Positions 1 to 14,756 of a stretch of 64,000 nucleotides of DNA are shown in pieces. The position numbers and the translations under genes were made by a program. Within the stretch, counting starts at the first letter, position 1. Every line of letters begins with the position of its first letter. Source of the stretch: Macrostomum lignano (Eukaryota); assembly GCA_002269645.1 (NCBI GenBank), contig NIVC01000045.1:484892-548891 (forward strand), written 5' to 3'. The notes below the pieces were generated by a model that was not told the DNA's origin, made no database searches, and saw only the letters and a list, made by a program, of their open reading frames with translations.

Positions 1-2208
1 TCACGGAGCGAAAGATGGTGGCAAACGGATGCAGCAGATTGGCTAGATCCGACTCCCCCAACAAGACCTCCATTAGCGGCTGAACTTCAAGAGCTTCTCG
101 ATGAGCACTGAGGTATGTGAAATGACGGAAAATCGTGTGTATTATTGGCCCTTCTAACGTGTAAAATTGCTTTAAAAGTTTCATTAGTAAATTAAAGTTG
201 TCACACGTCTGTTTGACTGTTTTGTGCTCTACAACTCATTGCATTCCATTTTGTACCTTTGAATTCAATAAAAATATATATACGAGCGTATATTCAAACT
301 AACCACTATAATTATAATCATGCTGTGTCAGTTAGTGAGGCCACAGTCCCATGCAGTAAAATTGTGCTCGTTTTTTGTCGTGAAAAAGCTTTGTTATTTT
401 TATCTTAGAATTCCTGATTTGCAAGTCTTCTAAGTAATCAATTATTATTGGTATCCATTACGTACATTTACAACCTTCCGGAAACGTCTAAATGGTTCGT
501 GCTGGGGGCGTAGTTGTGACCTCAAAAATAAACGCATCTTTAACGTATCAATATAACTCAATTTGGGACGCCTCCGTTATTTCCCGATACATACAATTGT
601 TATACGGGAGTCGGAGTAGCCTGTGCTCGACCGTTTTGTTTATTCATTTCCGCTGCTAATAAACAAATAATTAAAACATACTCATACCTATTTATTTTCT
701 CACATTATTTTTTAATCATTTTACACTTACGTGCATTTATTGCTGCATTTTTCACACCTGTCCACACCCATGTTCTTACAAGCGTATTAATTTACCCATA
801 TACACTCGCTTGCAATTAATTATTCAATTCACACCGCATTGATAGTGGCGACACTAACCGCTGACTCGAAATCATAAAGCGATAAGTACGACTTTGTTTT
901 TGAAAGATTACAAATGATCTGTGATAACTCCACATCCTGAAGGTAACAGGCTTGAAGACAACACAATGGACGAGTGTAAATCGAAACCCAACATCGCTAA
1001 AAAAGTAGGGTTGAAATTCAACAACTTTACGTTTGTGGGCTGGAAGGATATGGTTAATACAAATAAAATCTTGAGATACAGTCTACTCCACTGTGAAAGT
1101 AGTGGTATCCAGGCTTGGAAGTCGTCTTATCTCCGGTTAAATCCGGATGAGTTTTAAACTGATTGCATGCCAATCATTGGTTAGCATATAACCACGACTT
1201 AGCTTATCGAGCTGATAAACAATCACCAAAAGACGAATTACGTATGAAACATGAAGCAGACCAAAATATAATTGAAGGCTTAGGAAAGATTTTTCGTAAA
1301 TCGATCACACACAAACCTACCTAGATAGATAGAATAGATAGATAGATTGGAGTTTGTAAAATTTAGACCTAATAAACTTATAAAAAATAACCTAGGACCA
1401 AAGAGTAGGAGCCTACAGTCTGGAATGCGAAATTGGGCTGTCGGATACATACTCTGTACACCTATGTTTAAACTAGTATGGCACCACAAAGCGAATGTTG
1501 TGACACCCAAAAATTTAGGCAACATAGTTCATGGTGTATCAAATTCTAAATAGCAGACAACTAAACTTACCTGACATCTAAATTCTTGAAATAAAACAAA
1601 TAAACTAGAGTAGTGGCATGCAAAACAGTTTAAATATGACCTGTTTGGGTTGGCTTACGAAGTACAAGGGGTGTTGCAAGTTTCTGAACTGTGTTCCCTT
1701 TGGACAGCAGGATTGTTTAAATAAGTGGAATTTTAGCTACTATTGTCTTGCACATTTTTTCTGTTGTATAAAGTATACAACCAGTTTATGGCCACGGAAA
1801 GGTAGTAGAAAATATTTTTAAATGCACCTAAATATAACTATACCGGTAATACCGGTGTATTAACAATATTCTGATAATAATAAAAGCATTTGAGCATGTA
1901 TATTTATCAATTTAAGATCGAAATATCTATACAGGTACATGTAGAGATACAGAGCAATACAGAGAAAATAAGCATGCAAAATTTAGATCACCTCACAGGA
2001 ACAAAGTAAACTAAAAAATGTTAAGCAAGGTTTACAACTATCTTACCACAAGTTGATGAGAAATTAAATTTTGATGATTCCACGCTTGACTAAAACGTAA
2101 CATTTCTGTGAAGTTACAAAGCTTCCAATTATACTACTGTACTGATAAACATCAATTAACACGCAATTAAGATTAAACCGAAGGATTCTTAGGACGGGAT
2201 TCACTCTT

Positions 2209-3614
2209 TCAACCGTTAGATCCTCCGGCGCCGCCACCGCCACCGCCAGATCGTTTCAGTTCAAGTAGTTCCCGAATCTCGCTTGTCAGCTGAGAACCAG
2301 CAGTAGCCGCGTAACCGCCGCGACTTCGACCACGATGATGACCACCGCCGCCACGATTGTCCGACGGTCGGGCGGCGGCGGCAACGTCGCGTCGACGGAA
2401 AAACGGTCCAGAAACACGGTTTCGCCAGCGCTGATGCTGAACAAACTGTTCGGTGGCATTGGATTGGAAGTTCGATGCCAGGTTTGCCGGCACTAAATCG
2501 GGTCGACCGCCGGCGGCTATGGCAGCGGCAGCAGCTGCCGCTCGCTCGTTTAACATTTTCTGTTTAGCTTCCTCTGTGGCCTCGATGTTGCGAATTCGAG
2601 CTTGTATGCCAAGATCTACCTGTCAATAAGAAGAAATTTTAAGTATTATTAGAATTGTCGTAGTCGTAAAAATGCATAAATTTTATTGGATTCTAAGTGC
2701 ACGTTTTAAATGAGCAAGTGTACTCGAAAATCAGCTTTAATATAGATTTTCTTATGTTAAGTTAAAAATGGATTCTTATTCATTTCCTTAATAATAAACT
2801 AGGCTGAGACGAGGAACTTGCAGTAAATCATTTTTGTAAGTTTTGCCAAAAACTGAGGGTCGGTATAATTCAATAAATCGACTTTGCACAGTAAACCTTT
2901 AGTTGAATGCGGCAATTAGCAACAGAAAAAATTGGTAATAAGCTATCACTATTTAGACTTGCAGCACTGAATTTAATTCACTTTTTTTCAATATATAATT
3001 CAATTTTGGACTGCACAAGCATTGTTAAAAGTTGGTTATTATTTTCAGCAATCAATCAGCAATTACAAGCTAGTTTTATGACAAACCTCGGGAATGCCTT
3101 GTAGAACAGCCTGGGAAGCCTCCGACTGCTGCTTGACAGTCGGTCGCAGCTCCGGCCGGACAGCCAAAAGCGGATCGTGCATCGCCGCGGAGTCGCCAGA
3201 CGCGCCGTCGTCGTCGCCCTCGCCAGCTGGTCTACGCTTGCGCATCTCGGCTTCTACAAACTGCTGCATAGCGGCGTCCTGCTCTTGGGCGCGCGATTCC
3301 TGCGCAAACTGTAGCGTTGAATCTTGAATGCCGCCAACCTCGCGGCGACGCTTGCCTCCAACTTCGTCTTCGTCGCCTAAACCGCGACGAGTTTTCTGAC
3401 GGCGAACGCCTTGCACCAATTCAGCGTCTGTCAAACCGTGCGGTCGGGAACGCATTCGCTGGGCCTCCAGCAGCAGCCGCATCTCTTCGGCACGACTAAG
3501 AGGGGGTGCAGCATCTGCTTGGCCGTCGGGTGCTGCCGCTGCGGCGCCCGTAGCCGATTCATCCTCGCTCTCGGACGAGCTTTCAGTAACGCGCTGACGA
3601 ACGCAACGAGGCAT
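2209..3614 (-). CDS. C9orf78: C9orf78 / TLS1 (HCA59-domain) spliceosome-associated protein orthologue, 2 exons (3614-3087, 2619-2209)
   Basis: Motifs RLLLEAQRMRSRPHGL, FAQESRAQEQDAAMQQFVEAEMRKRR and LQGIPE|VDLGIQARIRNIEATEEAKQK..VPANLASNF..VQHQRW match my recollection of C9orf78 (SGIPEVDLGIDAKIKNI, VPTNMAVNYVQHNRF). Phase-0 GT..AG intron at 3086-2620. Confidence 0.88.
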
Positions 3615-6338
3615 GGGGTTTGTTAATTAATAAAAAAGATTTATATTTGCAATTGAAGAGCCAATACAACTTTCTATAACCATCAGCAGAGAAATTATTC
3701 CAATACGCTTTTTGACTATTTCAGTTTAATATAAGCCGGAAGCTAGCAAGGAGGCAAGGAAGCCTAGAAATTCTCACAGGTCGTATCAGCGACTGGAACT
3801 TTGCAAGGGTACTCGAGGGATTACCTTTGACGATGGGTTTCTATAAGGCTAGTTTATATGATTATTCTATTTTGTCGAAAGGTCTGATAACTGGTAGATA
3901 TAGTGAATTATGAGATAAGGCAAACAAACCTATATTAGTCACCCTTACGAATGTTAGGGCAAAATTGCACCCGCTTTCCTGGTCAGACATCTAGATAAAT
4001 TGAAATAACTTGAAATAACAAAAAACACGACAAGTAATGATTTAACCACAAATTACTATTAAGAGGGATTAAGTGTATGCATGAACTGTACTACGTAACT
4101 GCTTACTACTAAGACCATTTAAAGCTTGGAGGTTGAATATTGTATTTATTTAATTTCATGACATATTGCGCATATAACTGACACATGCCGATATATAACG
4201 CAACAGGTGCCTCAAATTAATAAAAGTTTCATAGAATGTGCTTATGGGGGACAAGACTAACGACACACTACATAACTGTGCTTTATAACCTGAACTCTAA
4301 TCTAGTTGCTTGAACAAAATAACAAATGTTTGTATCATTAGCTGTACTTGATCAAATCCGTTTATGTTGTACTGTTACTGACCTCTAGGCAACTAGATAA
4401 TAAGTTATATATTATACCTGACTAAATTAATAAACGAACGGATACATTATTAATAGATTAGTAAACTATTTCCACTGCTAAAATAACAACACCTCCTAAA
4501 TCAATAGTTTGAAGCGAGCGAATAAACTGTTAGCATCGTCAGGCTTTGGAAAAAAAGTGGCCGGGAATAGCATGTTTCCCTGTAAACAATAGTTAAAGAG
4601 ACGCAATCTACTCAATAGCACAGATTAGCACGAACAAATAACATAAACCCGTTTATAAACCCCTAGACTGCAGAGCAAGGTCAGAGACTTATACTAAAAA
4701 ACTAATTTTCAAATTAAAATCTCTGATTAAATTACCTTATCGGTAAGTCATAAAGGTCAGTCTAAATGAAACGGAAAGCAATAATAGAAGAAACCCTCCG
4801 TTTTAAACTGTTTCAAATAAATTTCTTACGCAGCACGCAGCAACCAGTAACTAAGAAGCACTGACAAAAAGCAGTTCGTTTTTTCTATTAATTTTTTCAC
4901 ATTCCTATGGTCTGGTAAAAAACGTGAGCTCTCCATTCGATACAGACTGATCAGTCATTTAACCCGATAAAAGCAACATACAGTTAGTCACACCTGCCCA
5001 GGGGGTTGTAGCCTATTAGTTAGAGTCACGACTCACGACTTGGACTGAACAGCCGTACGCAGCTTTCAGATGCGCCTCGCAAGGCGCAATTATTATTAAT
5101 CACACCTGTCTGATAATACTTTGTAGGTAACCCACAGTCTAGAGGTGCAAGATACAATAAACTTCCGAATATCGAATTATAACTTTATTAAAGCAATAAT
5201 GAGGTTTAATGTGTCAAAAAGGGGGGTGTAGACCAGATAAAAAGAACACTTAAATGAATAAAAATCAAACAGAAACTGAATTAGACTAGAACGGATGAAT
5301 GACAGTAAAACAGAGCAGCTGTATCACAAAGCTAAACTTGATAATAGCATGCTTATAACTGCAGCTGTTGCAATAGTCGGGACTAGACCAAATAAGCAAA
5401 TATTAATATAGCAATATTTTGTATACGTGACTCAAAAAGTCGAGACAAATAATTATCTTCGTTGCCTACTAAGCACACAACTGACAAGTATAAAACAAAT
5501 ATTATATAATATATAGAAATATGAAAAAAAAGTTTGCATAAAACACAAATTTTAATATTCGCTGCCAACAATAGACGACAGCTCCACAAATAGATCACAA
5601 GACAATAGGAAACGTATAGTGAGGTGTCTGGAATAGCATTGGTAGAGCCAAAATTATAATCCCAAGTAAACTAAAGCTTGTGTCATTAATAAATGTGTAC
5701 CAAAGCTTTGATTATATATACTGATTAACAACTAATCACAACACGAAGTTTCAAACTAACTGTGCAATATATAAGCATAAACTTCCTAATACCTACATTA
5801 AATATTGATACGGTATTTTTTAGAACACTTGTTGCATATCAAATAATAATTAACTGGGTCATAACATAAAGAACAATCAGTATATATTATGCCAAAAAGA
5901 CAGGATTTACACAGTTTTGTGAAACTAAACACAATAGACCAGATTTTGGTGATTTTTAAACGCACGAAAAACTCCGAATTAGACAGACACAAAATAGTTT
6001 GGTAAGGAACGTTGCTTACACACGCTAAATATTAATAAAACTTTTTCTATACCTTACTGATCAGTAGACAGACAGTAGTCAGTGGCAGCTGCGACGCGAC
6101 TAGATACTAAGAGATTTTCTTAATAAATTGCAGACTAATAAATTCAAAATCTGTTATTACGTCGTGAATCAAAAGCGACAGAAGATTAGTAAAATCATGG
6201 GGCGATTAAAAATTGCTTCAGATGGAACGCCTGCTCTAATATCTTTACTCTAATAAGCACTACTAATCCTGATAAAATTGCAGTTAGTCTATTACGTTAC
6301 TTCATCACAGAGAAAAAAAATTGTTTTTGTAGAGATGC

Positions 6339-9300
6339 TCATTTTGAAGAAGGCTTTGGAGAGGGCTGGCCGCCGCCACCGCCAGCGCCACCTCCGCTAG
6401 CGCCGCCACCACCGCCACCACCAGCGCCGCCGCCGCTAGAAGAGCCGCCGTCTCCGCCTCCACCGCCGCCAGTAACGGAAACTGGAGTTAATTAAGGAAA
6501 GACAATCAGTGCAGCTAACCATTGCTAAGATGGATTGTTATAAAAAAATTATACTTTTACAGATGCACAAGCAGCATACTTTAATAGCAGGTTAAGAGCG
6601 GATCAGCTAGATGGATCAGAAATAACACAGTAGGGAAATACTAAAAAAACACACACAGTAGGTGAGACAAAGACTGTCAATATTTTTGGCCAATATTAAC
6701 TCAGCAACATTAAAAATTCGTCACTATATGCGCCAGTGAAAATTTTTTCTTGGGCTATTCTGAAATAAAAGAAGCGAGAAAATTGTGGAGTAGCCCTAAT
6801 CAGTCTAACTCTCCTCAACTCAAGTCTGCCGCGGCGTAGCTGAGTTGCGTCACTCGGAAAGATTGAGAGACTTTACCTGCACTCTCAAAAGTGGCGACCA
6901 CAGACGGAATCTTCTGTGATGACGACTTTTCGATGTTGCCGAGTATAGTTACGAAAGAGCCACGACAACAAAGTTCTGGTGCGTAATAAAAAATGCACAC
7001 AGCAACGAGGGTCTTGATTGGTATTTGCCAACTACGGTGCTTTATTAAAAAGAACATTGAAGTTATGCAACCAGACATTTTTACAGAAATTCATGTCACT
7101 CAGTTGTCTCTAGACAAGAATCTGGGTAAAGTTCAAACGTAGACGCGGAACTAAACACAACCGGACTGTCCACTTTGGCACACTTGGAGTGAGTGCACTA
7201 TTGAACAATTCAGATTCATAACTATCCACTTATTTATGGCTATGAACATTTAGTATTTTAATATAACAAAAGCGACTAGCGCATATTAAAAAAACAGAAA
7301 TAAAAGTCTGGCAGCTGTAATTCACATTAAGGAATTAAAATTTCGATGTGCTTAGGATGATTCGGCTAGGTCACTACAGATGTACACTTGCGCAATATAC
7401 ACAAACAGATAGATATCCACATAGGCAGACACATAGACCCAGACACATACAGACAAAAAAGCACAGGCACATACAGACACACAAACACAAACACACATAC
7501 AGACACAGACAAACAAACGACACAGACACAACAGGCAGACACACAGACACACATATAAATACAGATATACAGACAGACACACAGACACATAAACAGATGC
7601 ATTTACACATGCAGACACACAAGCACATATACGCTCGTAAAGATGCTGGCACATAGACAGTCAGACATAAAAAGACATGCATACATGCAGACACAGACAT
7701 ATAAACACAGGCTCAACAACTTCACAGCCAAACACGCAAACACGTTTTAACGGCTTCAAGAACCAATTCTAATGTGATGCATTCATCCACGATGAGTCAC
7801 AAGCAGACACGTGCCTCATTGCTAATCATTAACAGTTGACTACTTTAGAATTTTGACTAAATGACTGAATCACTAGGCACAGTGCAAAATTTGCAACACA
7901 AGCAAAAAACTTTGGACTGTACAGAAAAACACATAAAAAGCGTTTCTCTTACTTAAGCTAAAACTTTATTTTGCGATGAATTAACGTTAAATTGACCATG
8001 CGACGATGTTCCTGTTTCGACTTTTATAATCTGCAGTAATTAGTAGAATCTCTTTTATCTCTGTATCTCTGCGCAGTTGCGGACCTGTCTGCCTGTCACT
8101 GATTACGGTTCTGCTTTTTAAGTGGAGACAGACACTGAAAATGGTAATCAGATTTTGAGGCATTGGAGAAATTTTATTAAGAGAATGATAACAACAATAA
8201 TATAGGCACATTTTTAAAGAGGTATGTAAGGGAAGAATAATCTGATTTCTCGATTGAAATTCGCACTAGAGTTTTTATTAATGGTACAACCGGGAGAAGT
8301 GCTGTTTTAACGACATTTCTGTGTTTCTGTTAACAATAAAAGCCTTTGTCTTTCATAAAAAGTCGTTGATCATGCGCATCAGCTACTTGTAAATAAGGTA
8401 CAAAATGCACTTTTAAAAGAAAAAATGTTTTTAAAATTCAATTAAAGGATTAATAAGTGAAAAACAAAGTTCAAAATGCTACGAATAGAATGTATTATGA
8501 AATTCAATTTCTAGTAAATCAACAATTCTATCTTCTAAGTTATTACATAGTTAAGCATATCACTCACCAATAATGATGATGATGATAATGAGAGCCAGAA
8601 CTCCGAGAGCAATCATCATCTGAAAATTAGAGATTTGAAGGACTCTGTTAAACAGCTCTAATACAAATCGAATGTTCACTAGCCCACAGTAACAAGATCT
8701 TAATGATGCAGTGTGGCAGGTAAACTCATCACAAGGCAAAGACCGCATGCATATAGGATATGTTTTTTTTAATTGTGACAAACTAAAGTTCTTATATGAT
8801 GGGACATAAATTACGATTGAAAATCATTGAATTAAAAAGAACTTTCATCTAGTTTGACAAAATTCTTGGTTTTAGTATTATTATCATCACTGGTGCTGCA
8901 GCCTGGACACTTGTGCGATCAATCAGTTTACTCCAATATAGTGAGATTTTATTAAGCAATGCAGAAATTACAAACTTATCAAGTCGCAAGGAAATGCAAG
9001 GAAATCAAATATAACTATAGAAAATAGAAAAATTAATTGCTTACAAAATAGTAACTTTGAATATAAAAATTCCAAAACTAAATCAACAAAATTTTCTTAA
9101 ACTGTATAAACAGCACTCGACCGAAAAAGCACCAAGACCTTTTATTGGTATTCAATGTTAAACACTGCCCAGAATCAGCTGATAGATTGGCTGCAAATTT
9201 GGGGGTTTGCATTGAAAAGAAAATTTTATACTTCATAAATCGACAAGGCGCTAGGTCGGCTAGGATAGAGAAAGTAGCTAAAAATCGAAATAGAATTCTG

Positions 9301-12300
9301 CTTGCAGCCTGTAAGATACGAGCGTAATTTTAGAACACAAAAAAACATATGGCGGATTTCTTTAATAAACACACGGCATACGCCCACACACTAATCAAAG
9401 AACTTCCGGACTTCCTCAGCTTTTAATTAAGACCATCTAGCAGCAAACTAGGCCCATCACAAAGAATTACAAGCACGAAAAGATTACAGGTGTAAAGATA
9501 CACGGACAAATATAAAGCTATTTACCTTTATGTTTTTCCACCAGTACTTGTTTTTGAGCTTGCCAGCGCTGGCCTCGAACTGCGAGGCGCCGGCTTGTAG
9601 AGCGTCTGGTTGGGTTGAGTTTGTCGTTGGGGAAAACACGCTTTTACATTTTATCAATTTTAGTCTATTTTTATCACTATTATTATTAGTGGGATTTGCA
9701 TGGATATCGAGGCTCAATATTGGGGAGTTGCTCGGATTCCATTGCTTAATTGAGAATTGCTGAGATGCCGTGACTCAATGGGGGAGTTGCTGAGATGCTA
9801 TGGCTCAATGGGGGATTGCTGTGATGCCAATTGGCTCAATGGGTGATTGCTGTGATGCCAATTGGCTCAATGGGGGATTGCTGAGATGCCATGGCTCAAT
9901 GGAGGATTGCTGAGATGCCAATTGGCTCAATGGGGGATTGCTGAGATGCCATGGCTCAATGGAGGATTGCTGAGATGCCATGGCTCTTTGGGGGAGTTGC
10001 TGAGATTACGAGTACTTACATGGCTCAATGGGGGAGTTGCTGAGATGCCAATTGGCTCAATGGGGGATTGCTGAGATGCCAATTGGCTCAATGGGGGATT
10101 GCTGAGATGCCAATTGGCTCAACGGGGGATCGCTGAGATGCCATGGCTCAATGGAGGATTGCTGAGATGCCATGGCTCTTTGGGGGAGTTGCTGAGATTA
10201 CGAGTACATGGCTCAATGGGGGAGTTGCTGAGATGCCAATTGGCTCAATGGGGGATTGCTGAGATGCCAATTGGCTCAATGGGTGATTGCTGAGATGCCA
10301 ATTGGCTCAATGGGGGATTTGCTGAGATGCTATGGCTCAATGGGGGATTGCTGTGATGCCAATTGGCTCGATGGGGGATTTCTGAGATGCCATGGCTCAA
10401 TGGAGGATTGCTGAGATGCCAATTGGCTCAATGGGGAGTTGCTGAGATGCCATGGCTCAATGGGGGATTGCTGAGATGCCAATTGGCTCAATGGGGGATT
10501 GCTGAGATGCCATGGCTCAATGGGGGATTGCTGAGATGCCAATTGGCTCAATGGGGGATTGCTGAGATGCCAATTGGCTCAATGGGGGATCGCTGAGATG
10601 CCATGGCTCAATGGAGGATTGCTGAGATGCCATGGCTCAATGGGGGAGTTGCTGAGATGCCAATTGGCTCAATGGGGGAGTTGCTGAGATGCCAAGGCAA
10701 TGGGGGAGTTGCTTAGATGCCAAGGTTCAATGGGAGAGTTGCTGAGATGCCAATTGGCTCAATGGGGGATTGCTGAGATGCCAATTGGCTCAATGGGGAT
10801 TGCTGAGATGCCAATTGGCTCAATGGGGGATCGCTGAGATGCCATGGCTCAATGGAGGATTGCTGAGATGTCATGGCTCATTGGGGGAGTTGCTGAGATG
10901 CCATGGCTCAATGGGGGAGTTGCTGAGATGCCAATTGGCTCAATGGGGGATTGCTGAGATGCCAATTGGCTCAATGGGGGATGGCTGAGATGCCATGGCT
11001 CATTGGGGGAGTTGCTGAGATTACGAGTACATGGCTCAATGGGGGAGTTGCTGAGATGCCATGGCTGAAACAGTAGCTAGCTAAAATTAGATAATTAATA
11101 AATAATATTAGAAACGCACCAGCGCGATCATCCAGATTTGTGATCTTGGCGTCCCGATCCAGCACTTTTTCAACGTTAACTCGCATGATGTCGACAACCT
11201 GCAGATTTCAGGTTATTATCAATTGCAAAAACAGCTCTAGCTGGCAATTTCACTCCTAGATCCTATTTTTTAAAACAAAAACTCACCTCATCAACTTGAG
11301 CCTGAGTCTGCTGCAGGCGCCTATTTGGCTGGTAGTTTGACTTCGGGGCACCAGTATCTCCTTCTCCAGCTGCTCCGGGAGCAGATCTAAATAAAATTAT
11401 AAAAGCTTATATATCAGAATACAATATTAATTAATGCACTAACAGTAAGAACACTACCCCCAACCCAAACCCCAACCCAAAGAGCAATGCAAGCTAAAAA
11501 ATCCAAGAAGAGGTAGAAATTCTAGTAACAGACTTAGAATAAGATTATTTCTATTTTAAACTGTTGAGATATAGAAAAAAACTGCACTTGCTTGCTTACT
11601 AAAACAACTACAATGGCAGATTTTATCATAGACAAAATGTGAGAATCTCAGCCACACACCGATATTTTCATATGCATCCACAGTCCACACTCTTTAAAGC
11701 ACTTTTGGAAGCCTTTTTGGCAACATGCTTTCAGTGAGCTAGTGGTTAACAAATGGTATGCTCGATTCAGGGATTGGCAAATGAAGCTGCTAGAATGCTG
11801 GCAACGCCTGATTGCTGCCAAAGATGCTACTTTGAAGGACTGTAGAGTTCTGTAGCTTATCCAAATATTTGTTACTTAATGCCTAATGGACTTTTGGGAT
11901 GCCTTATAGTAATGACTTGAAGCTTTAAAAAGAAGCCATAGACTTGCCTACAATTATGCTATTATTTATTACTAGAGACATGGAGCGACATTGTCACAGC
12001 TGGCAAGAGGCATTACTGCCCATTACGCTGGCTCCCCTGAGCAGCACAGATACATATGCAGTCATATGCACAGGCACCCATACACACAGCAGTGTACAGC
12101 GGCCCTGACTTTATTTATCGTTAGGCATGTACACTTCACTGTGCCTTGGTGATTGGCCATCAAAGGAATCAATTACACAAGGAGATTCAAATTTAGCCCC
12201 AAATTAATGTGATTGCACTTATAATCAACTGTGGGACACTGGCACACCAGAGAATCAAGCAACACTACTAGGTTTCACGCCATGTCCATGGAAAGAAAGA

Positions 12301-12372
12301 ACATCAAGTAATGCAGATTACTCACGGCGGACCACCTGGACCTTCACTGCCTGGCTGATTTGGGGCAGACAT
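6339..12372 (-). CDS. VAMP: Synaptobrevin/VAMP (R-SNARE), 6 exons: 12372-12326, 11386-11287, 11198-11120, 9605-9526, 8619-8568, 6481-6339
   Basis: Spliced translation [29 protein letters not shown]|[26 protein letters not shown]|[27 protein letters not shown]|[16 protein letters not shown]|VSVTGGG..PKPSSK*. All introns are GT-AG with consistent phases. The last exon and the start codon are less certain than the SNARE core. Confidence 0.93.
7385..7710. repeat. Degenerate (CA/CAGA)n microsatellite in VAMP intron 5
   Basis: Runs of acac/acag; source of the spurious CV-rich ORFs. Confidence 0.85.
9735..11070. repeat. Minisatellite of 29-31 bp units (GCTGAGATGCC[AAT/A]TGGCTCAATGGGGGATT) filling VAMP intron 3
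   Basis: About 40 tandem units in two interspersed variants, with ccaattgg or ccatgg cores. Confidence 0.95.
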
Positions 12373-14029
12373 ATTGTACATGCATTCAAATTATTGGAAA
12401 CAATAATTAGACAAAAACAAATAAATGTTTCGAGTTGAAATTGCATAATAAAATATTAAAAAACTATAAGCTATTACAAAAATTTAAGTTCAAAGTGTGC
12501 TAAACTTCTTCATTTGGCTTGCATCAATATTTTGCTAATCAACAATCAGGTAAATGCTGCAAACTGTTAAAAATATATTCAACATTTTAACTTATTATAG
12601 TACAATCATTAGAAGCAAACTTGCATCTATAATTTTTTATCAAAATTTTGTAGTCCATGCACTTTTGTAACCCTTTGAATATACCCTCTTGGTTAATGTC
12701 TGTTTTTCAAGATATGAGAACAAAAAAAGATATAACTAGAATAGAAATTATTGTTATGTTATTCTATGTAAAATAGCAAAGACAAAGCATACATGTGCAA
12801 AACTTGGCCAACCTGGCCAATCCAGCTGGCTGGCAATGGGCCTAGCCAAGGTAAGTTGCAAAATGCTAACCTGAGAAGACTAATTAGCATGAAAGATAAA
12901 AGGTTTAATGGATAAAATATCACTAATTAGATGATCAGGCATTTATCCTTAATTAGATAGTCAAGTTACTCCTGCTGTTTACCCAAAATTGCATCAATTT
13001 TTTCCTTAGGGTTTTTTTTTATAGGTAAGTCAAACTTTTGTTCAAAAAGTAAGTTGCATGGCTAGTATAAATTATGGGTATTATGCAGGTATGAGACTAA
13101 AGCTAGATTATAAAGTTGCTAATACTTTAGCTTTTATAGGGATATATGTAATGTAATATGGTGATTATTTAATCTAATAATAGCCAATAACAAACTACTT
13201 GAGCTTGACTTGATTGCTCAAAATTTGTTTCAACTCATGCTTGGCTTGAAAAAATCTAAACTTGTTAGGACTCTAATATAAACTCATACTTTGGAAGGTT
13301 ACTACTTGTAGTATGGCAGAATATTTATGGCATAATAGTAGATAGTTTTACTGCTTTTGTGTACCACTTTGGCATACCACTTTGAGCTCAAGTAAATTTT
13401 TGGTGCACAAATTACAGTCACCAAAACTCCTAAACTTTGACAAAAACAAAATTACACATTGAAGTAACTTTTTTAAAATTACACATGCTATAAAAGTTTC
13501 TAAAAAATTCCATTTTGCTTACAATACTAGCAGTACTTTTTTAAATTAAAATATAAACTTTAAAAAAATTGTTCTTTAATTAAAAAGCTGTTAGTTATGT
13601 TTTTACTTTCTGAAAGATGTTATAGGAAAGTTTTTGTTTAAAACATTTTTTTAGAAAATAAAAAAATAAAAAATATGGTTAAATTTTTTTGCAATATAAA
13701 AGTGGCATAAATTTGGTGACAAATGTCAATATTATTATATAGTAAAATAATCTAAGAATTTTAAGGCTTTACCTAGGCCTATTCTACTGGGTTTTTTTCT
13801 AATGCTAAGATGCAAAAATGCATTTAAAGTCCAATTTTAGAAGTGCTAAAAATTTTGCAAAAGACCAGTTTGGCAATAGCCATTTTGGTAGAAAACACTT
13901 TGCTAACTGGTTTGTAACCATATTGGATGACACTAAGATGACAAGACATTTTTGTTACTTAAAAGTGTCAAGTTATTGCTGCTGTTTACCTATTACTTTT
14001 TGCTTATATTCAGATATTTGGATTTTTGG

Positions 14030-14103
14030 TGAGCAGTGCCATGTCTATTTTCTTTTTCTCTCCCTTTGTTCTGTACTTAGAACACTGTGAGCAGTGCCAT
14101 GTC

Positions 14104-14178
<75 letters not shown>

Positions 14179-14275
14179 TTCTGTACTTAGAACACTATGA
14201 GCAATGCCATGTCTATTTTCTCTTTCTTTCTCTCTCTTTCTCTTTGTTCTGTACTTAGAACATTGTCTATTTTCT
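14030..14275. repeat. (CT)n microsatellite embedded in about three copies of a ~50-bp unit (ctttgttctgtacttagaacact..gccatgtctatt)
   Basis: Direct repeats around 14030-14110, 14170-14220 and 14240-14275 flank a pure CT run. Confidence 0.85.
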
Positions 14276-14610
14276 TTTTCCCCTTCCCTAGTTCTATGCT
14301 TAGGCTTTTTAAAAATTCTACCAGACTGTTTTGACTTGCTTTTGGACCGTAACATATAGTTTGTTTTTCTTAAATATAATGATATAATAAATTAGGTTGT
14401 TTTGAATAGGCCCTGACAAATTTGTTAGATAAGCTACACTTAAACAGTTCTACTTGGATTGAATAGCTATATACAGCCTTCAGATATGCCTTACAATAGC
14501 TATGGCTAAGCTGTTGATTGCACATCAAGTCCAAATAGGGCAAGTTTAATCAGTTATTTTATTAATATAATATAAAGGCATTTTTAGTCGTACAATATAT
14601 GCTTAGGTGC

Positions 14611-14756
14611 AACCTAGGAATTCATCTAGCCATTTCTATTGGCAACACATACATGTAAGTCACTGTTGGACAAAATAATAGTCATGTGACTACTTTCAGC
14701 CAATAGTAATTTATATGTGTGTTGCCAATAAAAATGGCTGGGTGATTCCCAAGGTT
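14611..14756. mobile_element. Small palindromic MITE-like element
   Basis: About 44-bp degenerate inverted arms: aacctaggaattcatctagccatttctattggcaacac versus gtgttgccaataaaaatggctgggtgattcccaaggtt. No TSD identified. Confidence 0.5.

Noticed and set aside
1-111. Tail of an open frame (RSERWWQTDAADWLDP..LDEH*)
   Set aside because: Truncated by the window edge and too short to assign.
921-1821. Short ORFs at 921, 1280, 1347 and 1618
   Set aside because: AT-rich, non-ATG or motif-free, and lacking the GC-rich codon signature of the real exons.
5074-5089. Perfect hairpin gcgcct-cgca-aggcgc as a Helitron 3' end
   Set aside because: No downstream CTRR terminus or identifiable 5' TC end.
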